A stretch of 47,305 nt of DNA from an uncultured Frigoriflavimonas sp. (GTDB lineage: Bacteria > Bacteroidota > Bacteroidia > Flavobacteriales > Weeksellaceae), in the NCBI GenBank assembly GCA_964292185.1, contig CAXYUO010000001.1:1-47305 (forward strand). Direction: 5' to 3'. The notes under the pieces were generated by a model. The model had not been told where the DNA came from. It searched no databases and saw only the letters and a program-made list of their open reading frames with translations. The position numbers and the translations under genes were made by a program. Below, one piece after another: positions 1 to 8,603 of the stretch; position 1 is the stretch's first letter, and each line of letters starts with the position of its first letter.

Positions 1-1
1 T

Positions 2-61
2 TTGATTAGAAAAAGAGATGAGTTTGAAGATTTGTTGAGAAATCAAATTGAGGTTATTTAA
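2..61 (+). CDS. 3' end of an upstream gene (partial, product unknown)
   Basis: Open frame from the window edge, LIRKRDEFEDLLRNQIEVI, ending TAA at 59-61, 2 nt before the next ATG. Confidence 0.5.
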   Translation: MIRKRDEFEDLLRNQIEVI

Positions 62-63
62 AA

Positions 64-468
64 ATGAAAAAAATTATCGTTATAATTTTAATGTTTTTTA
101 CAATTTCTGCTTTTTCTCAAGACAATATTCAGATAAAGAAAACTTGGGAAGTAAATCCTACTTTTGATGGAGGAATAGAAAATTTACAGAAAGAGATAAG
201 CAATACATTGAAATATGTAATTCATTCTAATTATTTTGTAGATGGGAAAATCACTATGGTTTTGCAAATCAATGAAGACGGGAAGTATTTTGTGCATTCT
301 GTTTATCCAAAAAATTTGCAAAATAAAGACGCTTTCGTCAGTGATATGAATTATATGCTCAAGCGTTCTAAAAAAAGATGGCAACCTGCAACTACAAACG
401 GAAAACCTGTGAAATCTTTTTTCACTTACAATATTAATTTTTCTATGATGAATTATGATGAAGATTAA
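64..468 (+). CDS. Secreted TonB C-terminal-domain-like protein
   Basis: Signal peptide (MKKIIVII...AFSQ); P-x-F-x-GG and 'WQPATTNGKPV...Y-x-I-x-F' motifs typical of Bacteroidota TonB_C domains. Confidence 0.7.
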   Translation: MKKIIVIILMFFTISAFSQDNIQIKKTWEVNPTFDGGIENLQKEISNTLKYVIHSNYFVDGKITMVLQINEDGKYFVHSVYPKNLQNKDAFVSDMNYMLKRSKKRWQPATTNGKPVKSFFTYNINFSMMNYDED

Positions 469-478
469 TATAGATATT

Positions 479-1207
479 ATGCAAAAAACAGCCCTTTTTA
501 TTTTATTATTAATTTGTACATCTTTATTTTCTCAGGAAATATTGCTCAAATATCCAGACGGACAAACTCCTTATAAAGGTGGTTATGTGCAATTTTATAA
601 AGATTTTAATAAAATTTTGACAGAAAAAAACCTAAAACCTTGCGAAAATAAAAATGAGTATTACCATTTTGGTATTTTAATAAATAAAGACAATACCATC
701 AATTTTGTTGCAGAAAACGAAAATTTTGATGAGAAATATAGCAAATGTACAAAAGAGTTAAGTAGAGAAGTTGCAAAACATCTTAAAGGTTGGAATGCGG
801 CAACACAAAACGGTGTAAATGTACGTGCAGTATCCTATTTTTTAATAATGCCAGATCAATTATTTGGTGTATTAAAGGAAAATTATGGCGAAGAAAAAGA
901 TTGGAAAGAAACGATGGCAGAATTTCCTGGTGGCATCAATGAATTTAGAAAAAAAGTGGTAAACAATATAGATCTTTCAAGATTTAATTATGATAAAGGT
1001 TTCCGATTAGAAGTTACCTTCGTAGTAGAAAGAGATGGAAGCGTTTTAGATGCAAAATTATCTCAATCTTCTGGCTTGAAACAATTTGATGATATGATTT
1101 TACAATCCATTTCAAGAATAAAGAAAAAGTGGAAACCAGCTACTATTAACAACATTCCTGTAAGGTATCTTTTCAGAATGCCATTCGCATTTCAAAGCCC
1201 AAATTAA
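479..1207 (+). CDS. Energy transducer TonB-family protein (tandem TonB_C-like domains)
   Basis: Signal peptide from ATG 479; 'AEFPGGINEF...VTFVVERDGSV...WKPATINNIPVRYLFRMPF'; ORF track start 455 overlaps the previous gene. Confidence 0.8.
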   Translation: MQKTALFILLLICTSLFSQEILLKYPDGQTPYKGGYVQFYKDFNKILTEKNLKPCENKNEYYHFGILINKDNTINFVAENENFDEKYSKCTKELSREVAKHLKGWNAATQNGVNVRAVSYFLIMPDQLFGVLKENYGEEKDWKETMAEFPGGINEFRKKVVNNIDLSRFNYDKGFRLEVTFVVERDGSVLDAKLSQSSGLKQFDDMILQSISRIKKKWKPATINNIPVRYLFRMPFAFQSPN

Positions 1208-1285
1208 TTGATTTTTTAATCTAAATTATTTGAACATCTAAAAATTTCCCAATATTTATAAATTAAAGAAATCACCTATAAAATT

Positions 1286-2005
1286 ATGAAAAAAATTATC
1301 CTTCTCGTCCTTCATTTCCCTTTCTTATTAAATGCTCAGATTTTAGATCAGTTTCCGCGAGGTCAAAACTTTTACGAAGGTGGAATTACAAAATTATTTA
1401 GTGATATTCATCAAATAATTGACAATAATAAAATTGAAAAATGTTCAGACCCGAAAGAATTATACCGCCTAAATCTACTTTTAACTAAAGAAGGAGATAT
1501 AAAATTTATCAAAGATTTTGATACTGTAAACATTAAGAAAAATCAATGTGCTTATGATTTATCGAAAAATCTTGCTATTAATTTAAAAAATAAAACTTGG
1601 ATTCCGGCTGAAGTTAAAGGTCAAAAATTTTCTTCTTTGATTTATTTAATGATTTTTCCTGATGATTTATTTGAAAAATACAGAGCCGATTATAGTCCTT
1701 CAAAATTTTTCAAAGGTGCCACTTTCAAAGATGGTGAGAAAAATTTAACAAAAGTAGTTAGGGATAATTTTGAAAGATTATTTTTAGATTATAACATTCG
1801 GGGTACGTTTTATCTAAATTTTTATGTTGATTCAGATGGTGAAATAGTTTCACCAAGCGTCCAGCCAGAGATTGAAAATAGGGATTTCAAAAGAGATTTT
1901 TTTAGAACTTTGCAGGGGCTTAATCAAAAATGGATTCCAGCAACTTTTCATGGTATTTCTATAAAAACAAAACTTTCAGTTCCACTTACTTTTGTTCAAG
2001 AATAA
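1286..2005 (+). CDS. TonB_C-like secreted protein, paralogue of 479..1207
   Basis: Shares 'P-x-GQ-x-x-Y-x-GG', a Cys pair, 'W-x-PA' and 'PD-x-LF' with the preceding gene. Confidence 0.7.
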   Translation: MKKIILLVLHFPFLLNAQILDQFPRGQNFYEGGITKLFSDIHQIIDNNKIEKCSDPKELYRLNLLLTKEGDIKFIKDFDTVNIKKNQCAYDLSKNLAINLKNKTWIPAEVKGQKFSSLIYLMIFPDDLFEKYRADYSPSKFFKGATFKDGEKNLTKVVRDNFERLFLDYNIRGTFYLNFYVDSDGEIVSPSVQPEIENRDFKRDFFRTLQGLNQKWIPATFHGISIKTKLSVPLTFVQE

Positions 2006-2038
2006 AGTTTAATTCCTGCCATTCTGTCCTAATTTTTA

Positions 2039-2046
2039 TATCTTTG
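2039..2046 (+). promoter_or_regulatory. Bacteroidota sigma-70 -7 element upstream of miaB
   Basis: TATCTTTG matches TAnnTTTG, about 47 nt before ATG 2093. Confidence 0.6.
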
Positions 2047-2092
2047 CAAAACGCATCAAGCCTAAAGCTTTTTGCCTAAAGCAAAGAAATCA

Positions 2093-3523
2093 ATGGAAAA
2101 ATATATAGACGAAACAAAACAAGGAGAAGCATTCGCAATTGCCGAAAAACAAGGAAATAATAAAAAACTTTTCTTGGAAAGCTACGGTTGCCAAATGAAT
2201 TTTTCTGATTCCGAGATTGTTGCGAGCATCTTGAACGATCAAGGTTACAACACTACAAAAGTTTTAGAAGAAGCAGATTTAATTCTTCTTAATACCTGTT
2301 CTATCCGAGAAAAAGCCGAACAAACTGTGAGAATGCGTTTGTCTCAATTCAAAAATTTAAAAAAAGAAAAACCAAGTCTTACCGTTGGAGTTTTAGGTTG
2401 TATGGCAGAACGCTTGAAAACCAAATTTCTGGAAGAAGAACAATTGGTAGATTTGGTAGTTGGTCCAGATGCATACAGAGATTTACCGAATCTTTTGAAA
2501 GAAACCGATGATGGAAGAGATGCGATTAACGTAATACTTTCCAAAGAAGAAACTTACGCAGATATCAATCCTGTTCGTTTGGGTGGAAATGGTGTTACGT
2601 CTTTCGTTACGATTACAAGAGGTTGCGATAATATGTGTACTTTTTGCGTTGTACCTTTTACAAGAGGTCGGGAAAGAAGCCGAGATCCGCATTCCATCAT
2701 CGAAGAATGTAAAAATTTAGAAGAAAATGGCTACAAAGAAATCATGCTTCTTGGGCAAAATGTAGATTCCTATTTGTGGTTTGGTGGTGGTCCAAAAAAA
2801 GACTTTAAAAATGCTTCAGAAATGCAGCAATCTACGGCAATTTCATTCTCACAATTATTAGAAATGGTTGCCATTGCAGTTCCTAATTTGAGAATCCGAT
2901 TTTCTACTTCAAATCCGCATGATATGACGGAAGATGTGTTTCACATGATGGCGAAATACAAAAACATTTGCAACTATTGTCACCTTCCAGTACAAAGCGG
3001 AAGTGATGTGATTTTAGAAAAAATGAACCGTCAACATACGCGAGCAGAATATTTACATTTAATCAATAGAGCCAAAGAAATCGTACCCGGAATTTCATTT
3101 TCCCAAGATCTGATCATCGGATTTTGTGGCGAAACAGAAGAAGATCATCAGTTAACTTTGAGTTTAATGCGCGAAGTAGAATTCGATTACGGCTACATGT
3201 TTTCTTATTCCGAAAGACCCGGAACACCCGCTCACAAAAAATTTGAAGACGATATTCCTGCCGAAGAAAAGCAAAGAAGATTAGCCGAAGTTATCGCATT
3301 ACAAGGCGAACTTTCCCGAAAAAGAATGCAAGGTTATGTTGGAAGAACCCACGAAGTATTGATAGAAGGAATCTCCAAAAAAAATAAAAACCAATGGAAA
3401 GGCAGAATTTCCGAAAACGCCATGTGTGTTTTTGATATGCAACCCGGACAAAAATTGGGAGATTTTGTGGAAGTTTATGTACACGGAAATACGCAGGGAA
3501 CTTTGTTGGGAGAAACCGTATAA
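2093..3523 (+). CDS. miaB: tRNA-2-methylthio-N6-dimethylallyladenosine synthase
   Basis: 'YGCQMN', 'NTCSIRE', radical-SAM CxxxCxxC (CDNMCTFC), 'HLPVQSGS', C-terminal TRAM domain; ATG 2093 preferred over TTG 2072. Confidence 0.97.
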   Translation: MEKYIDETKQGEAFAIAEKQGNNKKLFLESYGCQMNFSDSEIVASILNDQGYNTTKVLEEADLILLNTCSIREKAEQTVRMRLSQFKNLKKEKPSLTVGVLGCMAERLKTKFLEEEQLVDLVVGPDAYRDLPNLLKETDDGRDAINVILSKEETYADINPVRLGGNGVTSFVTITRGCDNMCTFCVVPFTRGRERSRDPHSIIEECKNLEENGYKEIMLLGQNVDSYLWFGGGPKKDFKNASEMQQSTAISFSQLLEMVAIAVPNLRIRFSTSNPHDMTEDVFHMMAKYKNICNYCHLPVQSGSDVILEKMNRQHTRAEYLHLINRAKEIVPGISFSQDLIIGFCGETEEDHQLTLSLMREVEFDYGYMFSYSERPGTPAHKKFEDDIPAEEKQRRLAEVIALQGELSRKRMQGYVGRTHEVLIEGISKKNKNQWKGRISENAMCVFDMQPGQKLGDFVEVYVHGNTQGTLLGETV

Positions 3524-3633
3524 TGTCATTGCGAGGAACGAAGCAATCTATTTGGGCAGCTTAATCCGCCCTCCATTCCCGCTTTTTTGTTCCACTCCGT
3601 TCCACAAAAAGAGCTCCATTCAGGTCGGGCTGC
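3524..3633. repeat. Composite REP-like palindromic element
   Basis: TGTCATTGCGAGGAACGAAGCAATCT (ATTGC/GCAAT stem), then a GC-rich nested hairpin GCAGC(3556)...GCTTTTTTGT/ACAAAAAGAGC...GCTGC(3633). Confidence 0.65.
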
Positions 3634-3690
3634 AAAGTGTCGCAAGTTTAACAAGTATTTATAAATTGAAAATCAGTTTTAAAAACACCA

Positions 3691-4869
3691 ATGAAACCAA
3701 CTCCTTCTAATAATGATTATAAACTTTGGTTAACGGACATTAAATCCAAAATCCGTTCTTCCCAAATAAAAGCTGCATTAGCTGTAAATGCAGAACTGAT
3801 TATTTTTTACTGGGAATTGGGAAAAATGATTTCGGAGAAGGAAAACATTTGGGGAAATAAATTAATCGAAACGCTTTCCAAAGATTTAAAAACAGAATTT
3901 CCAGAAATGGGTGGCTTGTCTGAAAGAAATTTAATCTACTGTAAATCATTCTTTAAATTTTACAATAATGCTATTCCGCAACAACTTGTTTCGGAATTAC
4001 AAGATATTGGTAATCAAGAAATTACAATTACCCAACAACCTGTTGCGGAATTAGAAAATAAAGACAAATCTACAAAAGGGCAACAAGTTGTTGCCCAAAT
4101 AGAAAACGCTGATTATCAAGAAAATAAAATTATGCAACGGCTTGTTGCACAAATTCCATGGGGACATAACATTTTGATTTTCACAAAATCTAAATCTTTA
4201 GAAGAAGCGATTTTTTATATAAATAAAACATTAGAGAACCAATGGAGTAGAAATATTTTATCCTCACAAATTGATAGCAATCTATACACGAGAAAAGGAA
4301 AAGTTATTCATAATTTTGAAAAAACACTTCCAGAACCACTTTCAGATTTAGCACAACAAACCTTAAAAGATCCTTATATTTTTAATTTTTTAAGTCTTGA
4401 TACGCATTATCGAGAAAAAGATTTAGAAAATCAATTGGTAGAACATTTGCAGAAATTTCTTTTAGAATTAGGGAAAGGTTTTGCATTTGTAGGAAAACAA
4501 TACCATTTGAATATTGCGGAAAATGATTATTATTTAGATTTATTATTCTACCATATTCATTTAAAATGTTATGTGGTAATCGAATTAAAAAACAACAAAT
4601 TCATCCCAGAATATGCGGGAAAACTCAATTTCTATCTTTCAGCAGTTGATACTTTATTAAAATTACCAGAAGACAATCCAACAATTGGGCTTTTACTTTG
4701 CAAACATAAAAACAATATCGAAGCAGAATTTGCTTTGCGAGATATGAATAAACCGATGGGAGTTAGCGAATTTCAACTCACAGAATCGCTACCAGAAAAT
4801 TTAAAAAGCAGTTTACCAACTATTGAAGAAATAGAAAACGAATTGCTAAAACAGACTTCAAAATTGTAA
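3691..4869 (+). CDS. DUF1016/YhcG-family PD-(D/E)XK nuclease domain protein
   Basis: 'AVNAELIIFYWELG', 'IPWGHN', 'KDPYIFNFL', 'FLLELGKGFAFVG', 'DLLFY...VVIELK', 'GKLNFY', 'IGLLLC'. Confidence 0.93.
   Translation: MKPTPSNNDYKLWLTDIKSKIRSSQIKAALAVNAELIIFYWELGKMISEKENIWGNKLIETLSKDLKTEFPEMGGLSERNLIYCKSFFKFYNNAIPQQLVSELQDIGNQEITITQQPVAELENKDKSTKGQQVVAQIENADYQENKIMQRLVAQIPWGHNILIFTKSKSLEEAIFYINKTLENQWSRNILSSQIDSNLYTRKGKVIHNFEKTLPEPLSDLAQQTLKDPYIFNFLSLDTHYREKDLENQLVEHLQKFLLELGKGFAFVGKQYHLNIAENDYYLDLLFYHIHLKCYVVIELKNNKFIPEYAGKLNFYLSAVDTLLKLPEDNPTIGLLLCKHKNNIEAEFALRDMNKPMGVSEFQLTESLPENLKSSLPTIEEIENELLKQTSKL
3972..4154. repeat. Intragenic array of four 27-bp imperfect palindromes (core CAACAA-N-TTGTTG)
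   Basis: Units at 3972-3998, 4026-4052, 4074-4100 and 4128-4154, all in frame. Confidence 0.85.
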
Positions 4870-4881
4870 AAATATTTTATA

Positions 4882-5988
4882 ATGAAAGATTTACAAAACC
4901 CGCAACTGCTACAAAATATTTCCATGCTTTTAGAAAATGCAAGGAAGAAAGTTGTAGTTGCAGTAAATCAAACTATTGTTCTCACTTATTTTGAAATTGG
5001 AAGAATGATAGTAGAAGATGAGCAAAATGGCGAAAACCGTGCAGAATACGGAAAGGAAATGTTTGTAAACTTATCCTTGGCTTTAACTCAAAAATTTGGT
5101 CGGGGATTCTCTGAAACAAATTTGAAACAAATGAGACAGTTTTATGTTTCCTATTCAATTCGTCAGACAGTGTCTGACGAATTACAAAAACGAATTTCAC
5201 AGACAGTGTCTGCTAAATCCAAAAGTAACATTTCCGAGACGCTGTCTACGGAATTGGAAAATTCGTCAACAGCGATGACGAAATCCCAGAAATCATTTAC
5301 GCTAAGTTGGTCTCATTATTTGAAATTAATGAGAATAAAAGATTTTAACGAAAGAAACTTCTACGAAATTGAAAGTTTCAAAAACAATTGGAGTTTGCGA
5401 GAATTGCAAAGGCAATATGATTCTGCGTTGTATGCAAGACTTTCTTTAAGTAAAAACAAGGAAGAAATTATTCAACTTTCAGAAAAAGGTCAAATAATTG
5501 AAACTGCAAAAGATGCCATAAAAGATCCTTATGTTTTAGAATTTCTGGGAATACAAGAAAATTCTAACTATTCTGAAAGCGATTTAGAACAGATTTTAAT
5601 AGATAAATTAGAACATTTTCTATTAGAATTGGGAACTGGTTTTACCTTTGTTTCTCGCCAAGAGAGAATCACTTTTGATGAAAAACATTTCCGAGTAGAT
5701 TTGGTGTTTTACAATAGACTTTTGAAAAGTTTTGTTCTTATTGATTTGAAAATTGGTGAACTAAAACACCAAGACATCGGACAAATGCAGATGTACGTTA
5801 ATTATTACGACAGAGAAGTGAAACTGCCTGAAGAAAATAAAACAGTCGGGATTATCCTTTGCCAAGATAAAAATGAATCTTTGGTAAAATATACTTTGCC
5901 TGAAGATAATGAGCAGATATTCGCAAGTAAATATTTAACTGTTTTGCCAAGCAAAGAAGAATTTATTAAAATTTTAGAAGAAATTTAA
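4882..5988 (+). CDS. Second DUF1016/YhcG-family PD-(D/E)XK nuclease domain protein
   Basis: 'LSWSHY', 'WSLREL', 'KDPYVLEFLG', 'FLLELGTGF', 'DLVFY...LIDLK', 'GQMQMYVNYY'. Confidence 0.93.
   Translation: MKDLQNPQLLQNISMLLENARKKVVVAVNQTIVLTYFEIGRMIVEDEQNGENRAEYGKEMFVNLSLALTQKFGRGFSETNLKQMRQFYVSYSIRQTVSDELQKRISQTVSAKSKSNISETLSTELENSSTAMTKSQKSFTLSWSHYLKLMRIKDFNERNFYEIESFKNNWSLRELQRQYDSALYARLSLSKNKEEIIQLSEKGQIIETAKDAIKDPYVLEFLGIQENSNYSESDLEQILIDKLEHFLLELGTGFTFVSRQERITFDEKHFRVDLVFYNRLLKSFVLIDLKIGELKHQDIGQMQMYVNYYDREVKLPEENKTVGIILCQDKNESLVKYTLPEDNEQIFASKYLTVLPSKEEFIKILEEI
5157..5285. repeat. Intragenic array of four 27-bp palindromes (core CAGACA-G-TGTCTG)
   Basis: Units at 5157-5183 (perfect 13-1-13 palindrome), 5193-5219, 5229-5255 and 5259-5285. 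Confidence 0.85.
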
Positions 5989-6045
5989 AAGATGAAAAAG
6001 CGTTGCTAAAGATTTAATCCCAAACAATGCTCTAAAAATAAAAAA

Positions 6046-7329
6046 ATGACAGACCTACAATCCATAAAAACACGCTTCGGAATTATCGGAAATTATCCCG
6101 TGCTAAACCGAGCTTTAGAAAAAGCAGTGCAAGTTGCTCCAACCGATATTTCTGTTCTGGTAATGGGAGAATCTGGTGTTGGAAAAGAATATATCCCAAA
6201 AATAATCCACGGAGAATCTCGCAGAAAACACAAACCTTATATCGTAGTAAATTGTGGTGCAATACCAGAAGGAACCATAGATTCTGAACTTTTTGGTCAC
6301 GAAAAAGGTGCTTTTACCGGTGCAACTTCTACCAGAAAAGGATATTTTGAAGTTGCAGATGGTGGAACTATTTTTCTGGATGAAGTAGGAGAATTGCCTT
6401 TGCAAACGCAAGTTCGACTTTTGAGAGTTTTAGAAAGTGGAGAATTTATGAAAGTAGGTTCTTCGCAAGTTCAAAAAACGGATGTGAGAATTGTAGCTGC
6501 AACCAACGTAAATATGATGAGCGCGATACAAGATAATCGTTTTCGAGAAGATTTGTATTACAGATTGAACACGGTGCAAATAGATATGCCTGCTTTGCGA
6601 GAAAGAAAAGGCGATATTCACTTGCTTTTCAGAAAATTTGCCATAGATTTTGCCGAAAAATACAGAATGCCAGAATTGGTTTTGAGCGATGATGCCATCA
6701 ATTATTTAGAAAACTATCCTTTCCCAGGTAATGTTCGGCAATTGCGAAATTTAGTGGAACAAATGACGGTTGTAGAAAAAGATAGAAGCATCAATTCTGT
6801 GAAATTAGCAGAATATATTCCGCTTCAAAATCAACTTCCTGCTGTAATTCAAAAAAATAATGCTTCCCATATTTCTGGGTCAGAATTTAATACAGAAAGA
6901 GAAATAATGTACAAGATTCTCTTTGATATGCGGAATGATATAAGTGATTTAAAATCCTTAACTTCGGAACTTATAAAAAATAGAGAAAATCCAGACTTTA
7001 GCAATCAAGAAAAAAATCTAATTAGCAGAATTTATACTTCAGATTCCAATCAAAATAACCAGAACAGCAATAATTCTTTGCTTTATTTTGAAAACGAAAA
7101 TGGTAACTATACTAAAGAATCTGAAAACAAACAACATTATGAAGATGTGGAAGATATAGAAGATGTTGAGCTAAAAGCGGAATCTCTTTCGCTTCAAAAC
7201 AATGAAAAAGAACTGATAGAAAAAGCACTTGAAAAGCACAACGGAAGAAGAAATAAAGCGGCTGCAGAATTGGGAATTTCTCAAAGAACGCTGTATAGAA
7301 AAATAAAACAATATAACTTAGAAGAATAA
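6046..7329 (+). CDS. Sigma-54-dependent Fis-family AAA+ transcriptional activator
   Basis: Walker A GESGVGKE, GAFTGA, 'FLDEVGEL', 'FREDLYYRL', 'FPGNVRQL', C-terminal Fis HTH; no receiver domain. Confidence 0.95.
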   Translation: MTDLQSIKTRFGIIGNYPVLNRALEKAVQVAPTDISVLVMGESGVGKEYIPKIIHGESRRKHKPYIVVNCGAIPEGTIDSELFGHEKGAFTGATSTRKGYFEVADGGTIFLDEVGELPLQTQVRLLRVLESGEFMKVGSSQVQKTDVRIVAATNVNMMSAIQDNRFREDLYYRLNTVQIDMPALRERKGDIHLLFRKFAIDFAEKYRMPELVLSDDAINYLENYPFPGNVRQLRNLVEQMTVVEKDRSINSVKLAEYIPLQNQLPAVIQKNNASHISGSEFNTEREIMYKILFDMRNDISDLKSLTSELIKNRENPDFSNQEKNLISRIYTSDSNQNNQNSNNSLLYFENENGNYTKESENKQHYEDVEDIEDVELKAESLSLQNNEKELIEKALEKHNGRRNKAAAELGISQRTLYRKIKQYNLEE

Positions 7330-7334
7330 AAACT

Positions 7335-8033
7335 ATGAAAAACTACACTTTAAAACCAATAGAATTCAAATTCGGAGATTATCTTAGCGAAGGTTTCGAA
7401 CTTTTTAAAAAAGATATTGGAGGTTTTGTTCTTGCTTTTTTCTTTAGCATGATTATGAGCTTAATTCCATTTTGTGGATATCTAGCGCTAGGAAATTTTT
7501 ATAAATATTGTAGAAAAGTGAAAAATGGAGAACAAGCAAGTGCTTCTGATATTTTCAATTTTGATAATTTTCAACCCTATTTTATCATCCAATTAATTCT
7601 AATGGGAGCTTTTTTACTTGTGATTTTACCATTATCATTATTAGGAGGATATTTAGGAGATTCCGGAGGAAGCAATCGTGCAGCATTAATCGGTGGAATT
7701 TTCACTCCATTAATTATTGGTTTCATTGTAGTAATTTTAATCATAACTTAAAAAGGTTTCTATGTTCCAGCTTTAATATCTTTAGAAGGAGAAAAAGATT
7801 GGAAAACCGCTTGGAATATCTCTAAAGTTATGTCCAAAGGAAACCTTCTTATGATTTTTCTTTTTAGTTTAGTAATAAGTTTCATTGGGCAAATAGGGAT
7901 TATTCTTTGTGGAATAGGTATTTTCCTTACAATTCCTATTACTTATATTTGCACCTATATTGCTTATGAAGACGCTCTAAACCAAATAAAAAAAGATGAA
8001 ATTGCTGAAATAGGAAACAGAACTTCCTTTTAA
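7335..8033 (+). pseudogene. Membrane protein gene interrupted by an in-frame TAA (7749-7751)
   Basis: ORFs 7335..7751 and 7830..8033 share a frame; the stretch between them is open and reads KGFYVPALISLEGEKDWKTAWNISKV. Confidence 0.75.
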
Positions 8034-8047
8034 ATAAAACTCAATTT

Positions 8048-8602
8048 ATGAATTTTCTGAATTTTAAAAGTTTGAATCGAGTAAAACCTTTTTTATACTT
8101 TTACCTTTTTACTTTTACCTTTTTACTTCAAGGTTGCTATAGTTTCACCGGTTCTTCTTTGAGTCCAGAAACTAAAACAATAGACCTTAGAGAATTTGTG
8201 AATAATGCAGCTTTGGTAAATCCTACTTTGGCGCAGCAATTTTCTATTGATATTCAAAATAGATTTCTGCAAAGAACCACTTTAAAAGGTACCAAAGAAA
8301 AGCCAGATATTCTTATAGAAGGAGAAATTACAGATTATAGCATTACTCCTACTACCATTTCTTCTGCTGTAGATACATCTTCTGGAAGCGTTTTGCAAGC
8401 TGCACAAAATAAACTAAGCATAACAGTGAAAGTACATTATGAAAATGCTGTAGAGCCTGATAAAAGCTTTGATAGAAGTTATACAGATGAAGCCGTTTTT
8501 AGCAGTGCATTAGATATTAACACGATAGAAACATCTCAAGTGAAATTGGTAAATGAAAGAATTATAAATAAAATATTTAACGATATAGTAGCAAATTGGT
8601 AA
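8048..8602 (+). CDS. lptE: LPS-assembly lipoprotein LptE family
   Basis: Lipobox LQGC followed by 'YSFTGSS'; C-terminal 'IFNDIVANW'; usual position downstream of the sigma54 activator. Confidence 0.88.
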   Translation: MNFLNFKSLNRVKPFLYFYLFTFTFLLQGCYSFTGSSLSPETKTIDLREFVNNAALVNPTLAQQFSIDIQNRFLQRTTLKGTKEKPDILIEGEITDYSITPTTISSAVDTSSGSVLQAAQNKLSITVKVHYENAVEPDKSFDRSYTDEAVFSSALDINTIETSQVKLVNERIINKIFNDIVANW

Positions 8603-8603
8603 G

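Noticed and set aside
3426-3710. 94-aa ORF spanning the miaB end and the repeat element
   Set aside because: It overlaps miaB and simply reads through the palindromic element (the VIARNEAI peptide is the translated repeat).
3972-5285. CRISPR array interpretation of the palindrome arrays
   Set aside because: The units are degenerate, the spacers are only 3-27 bp, the arrays lie in frame inside ORFs, and there are no cas genes or leader.
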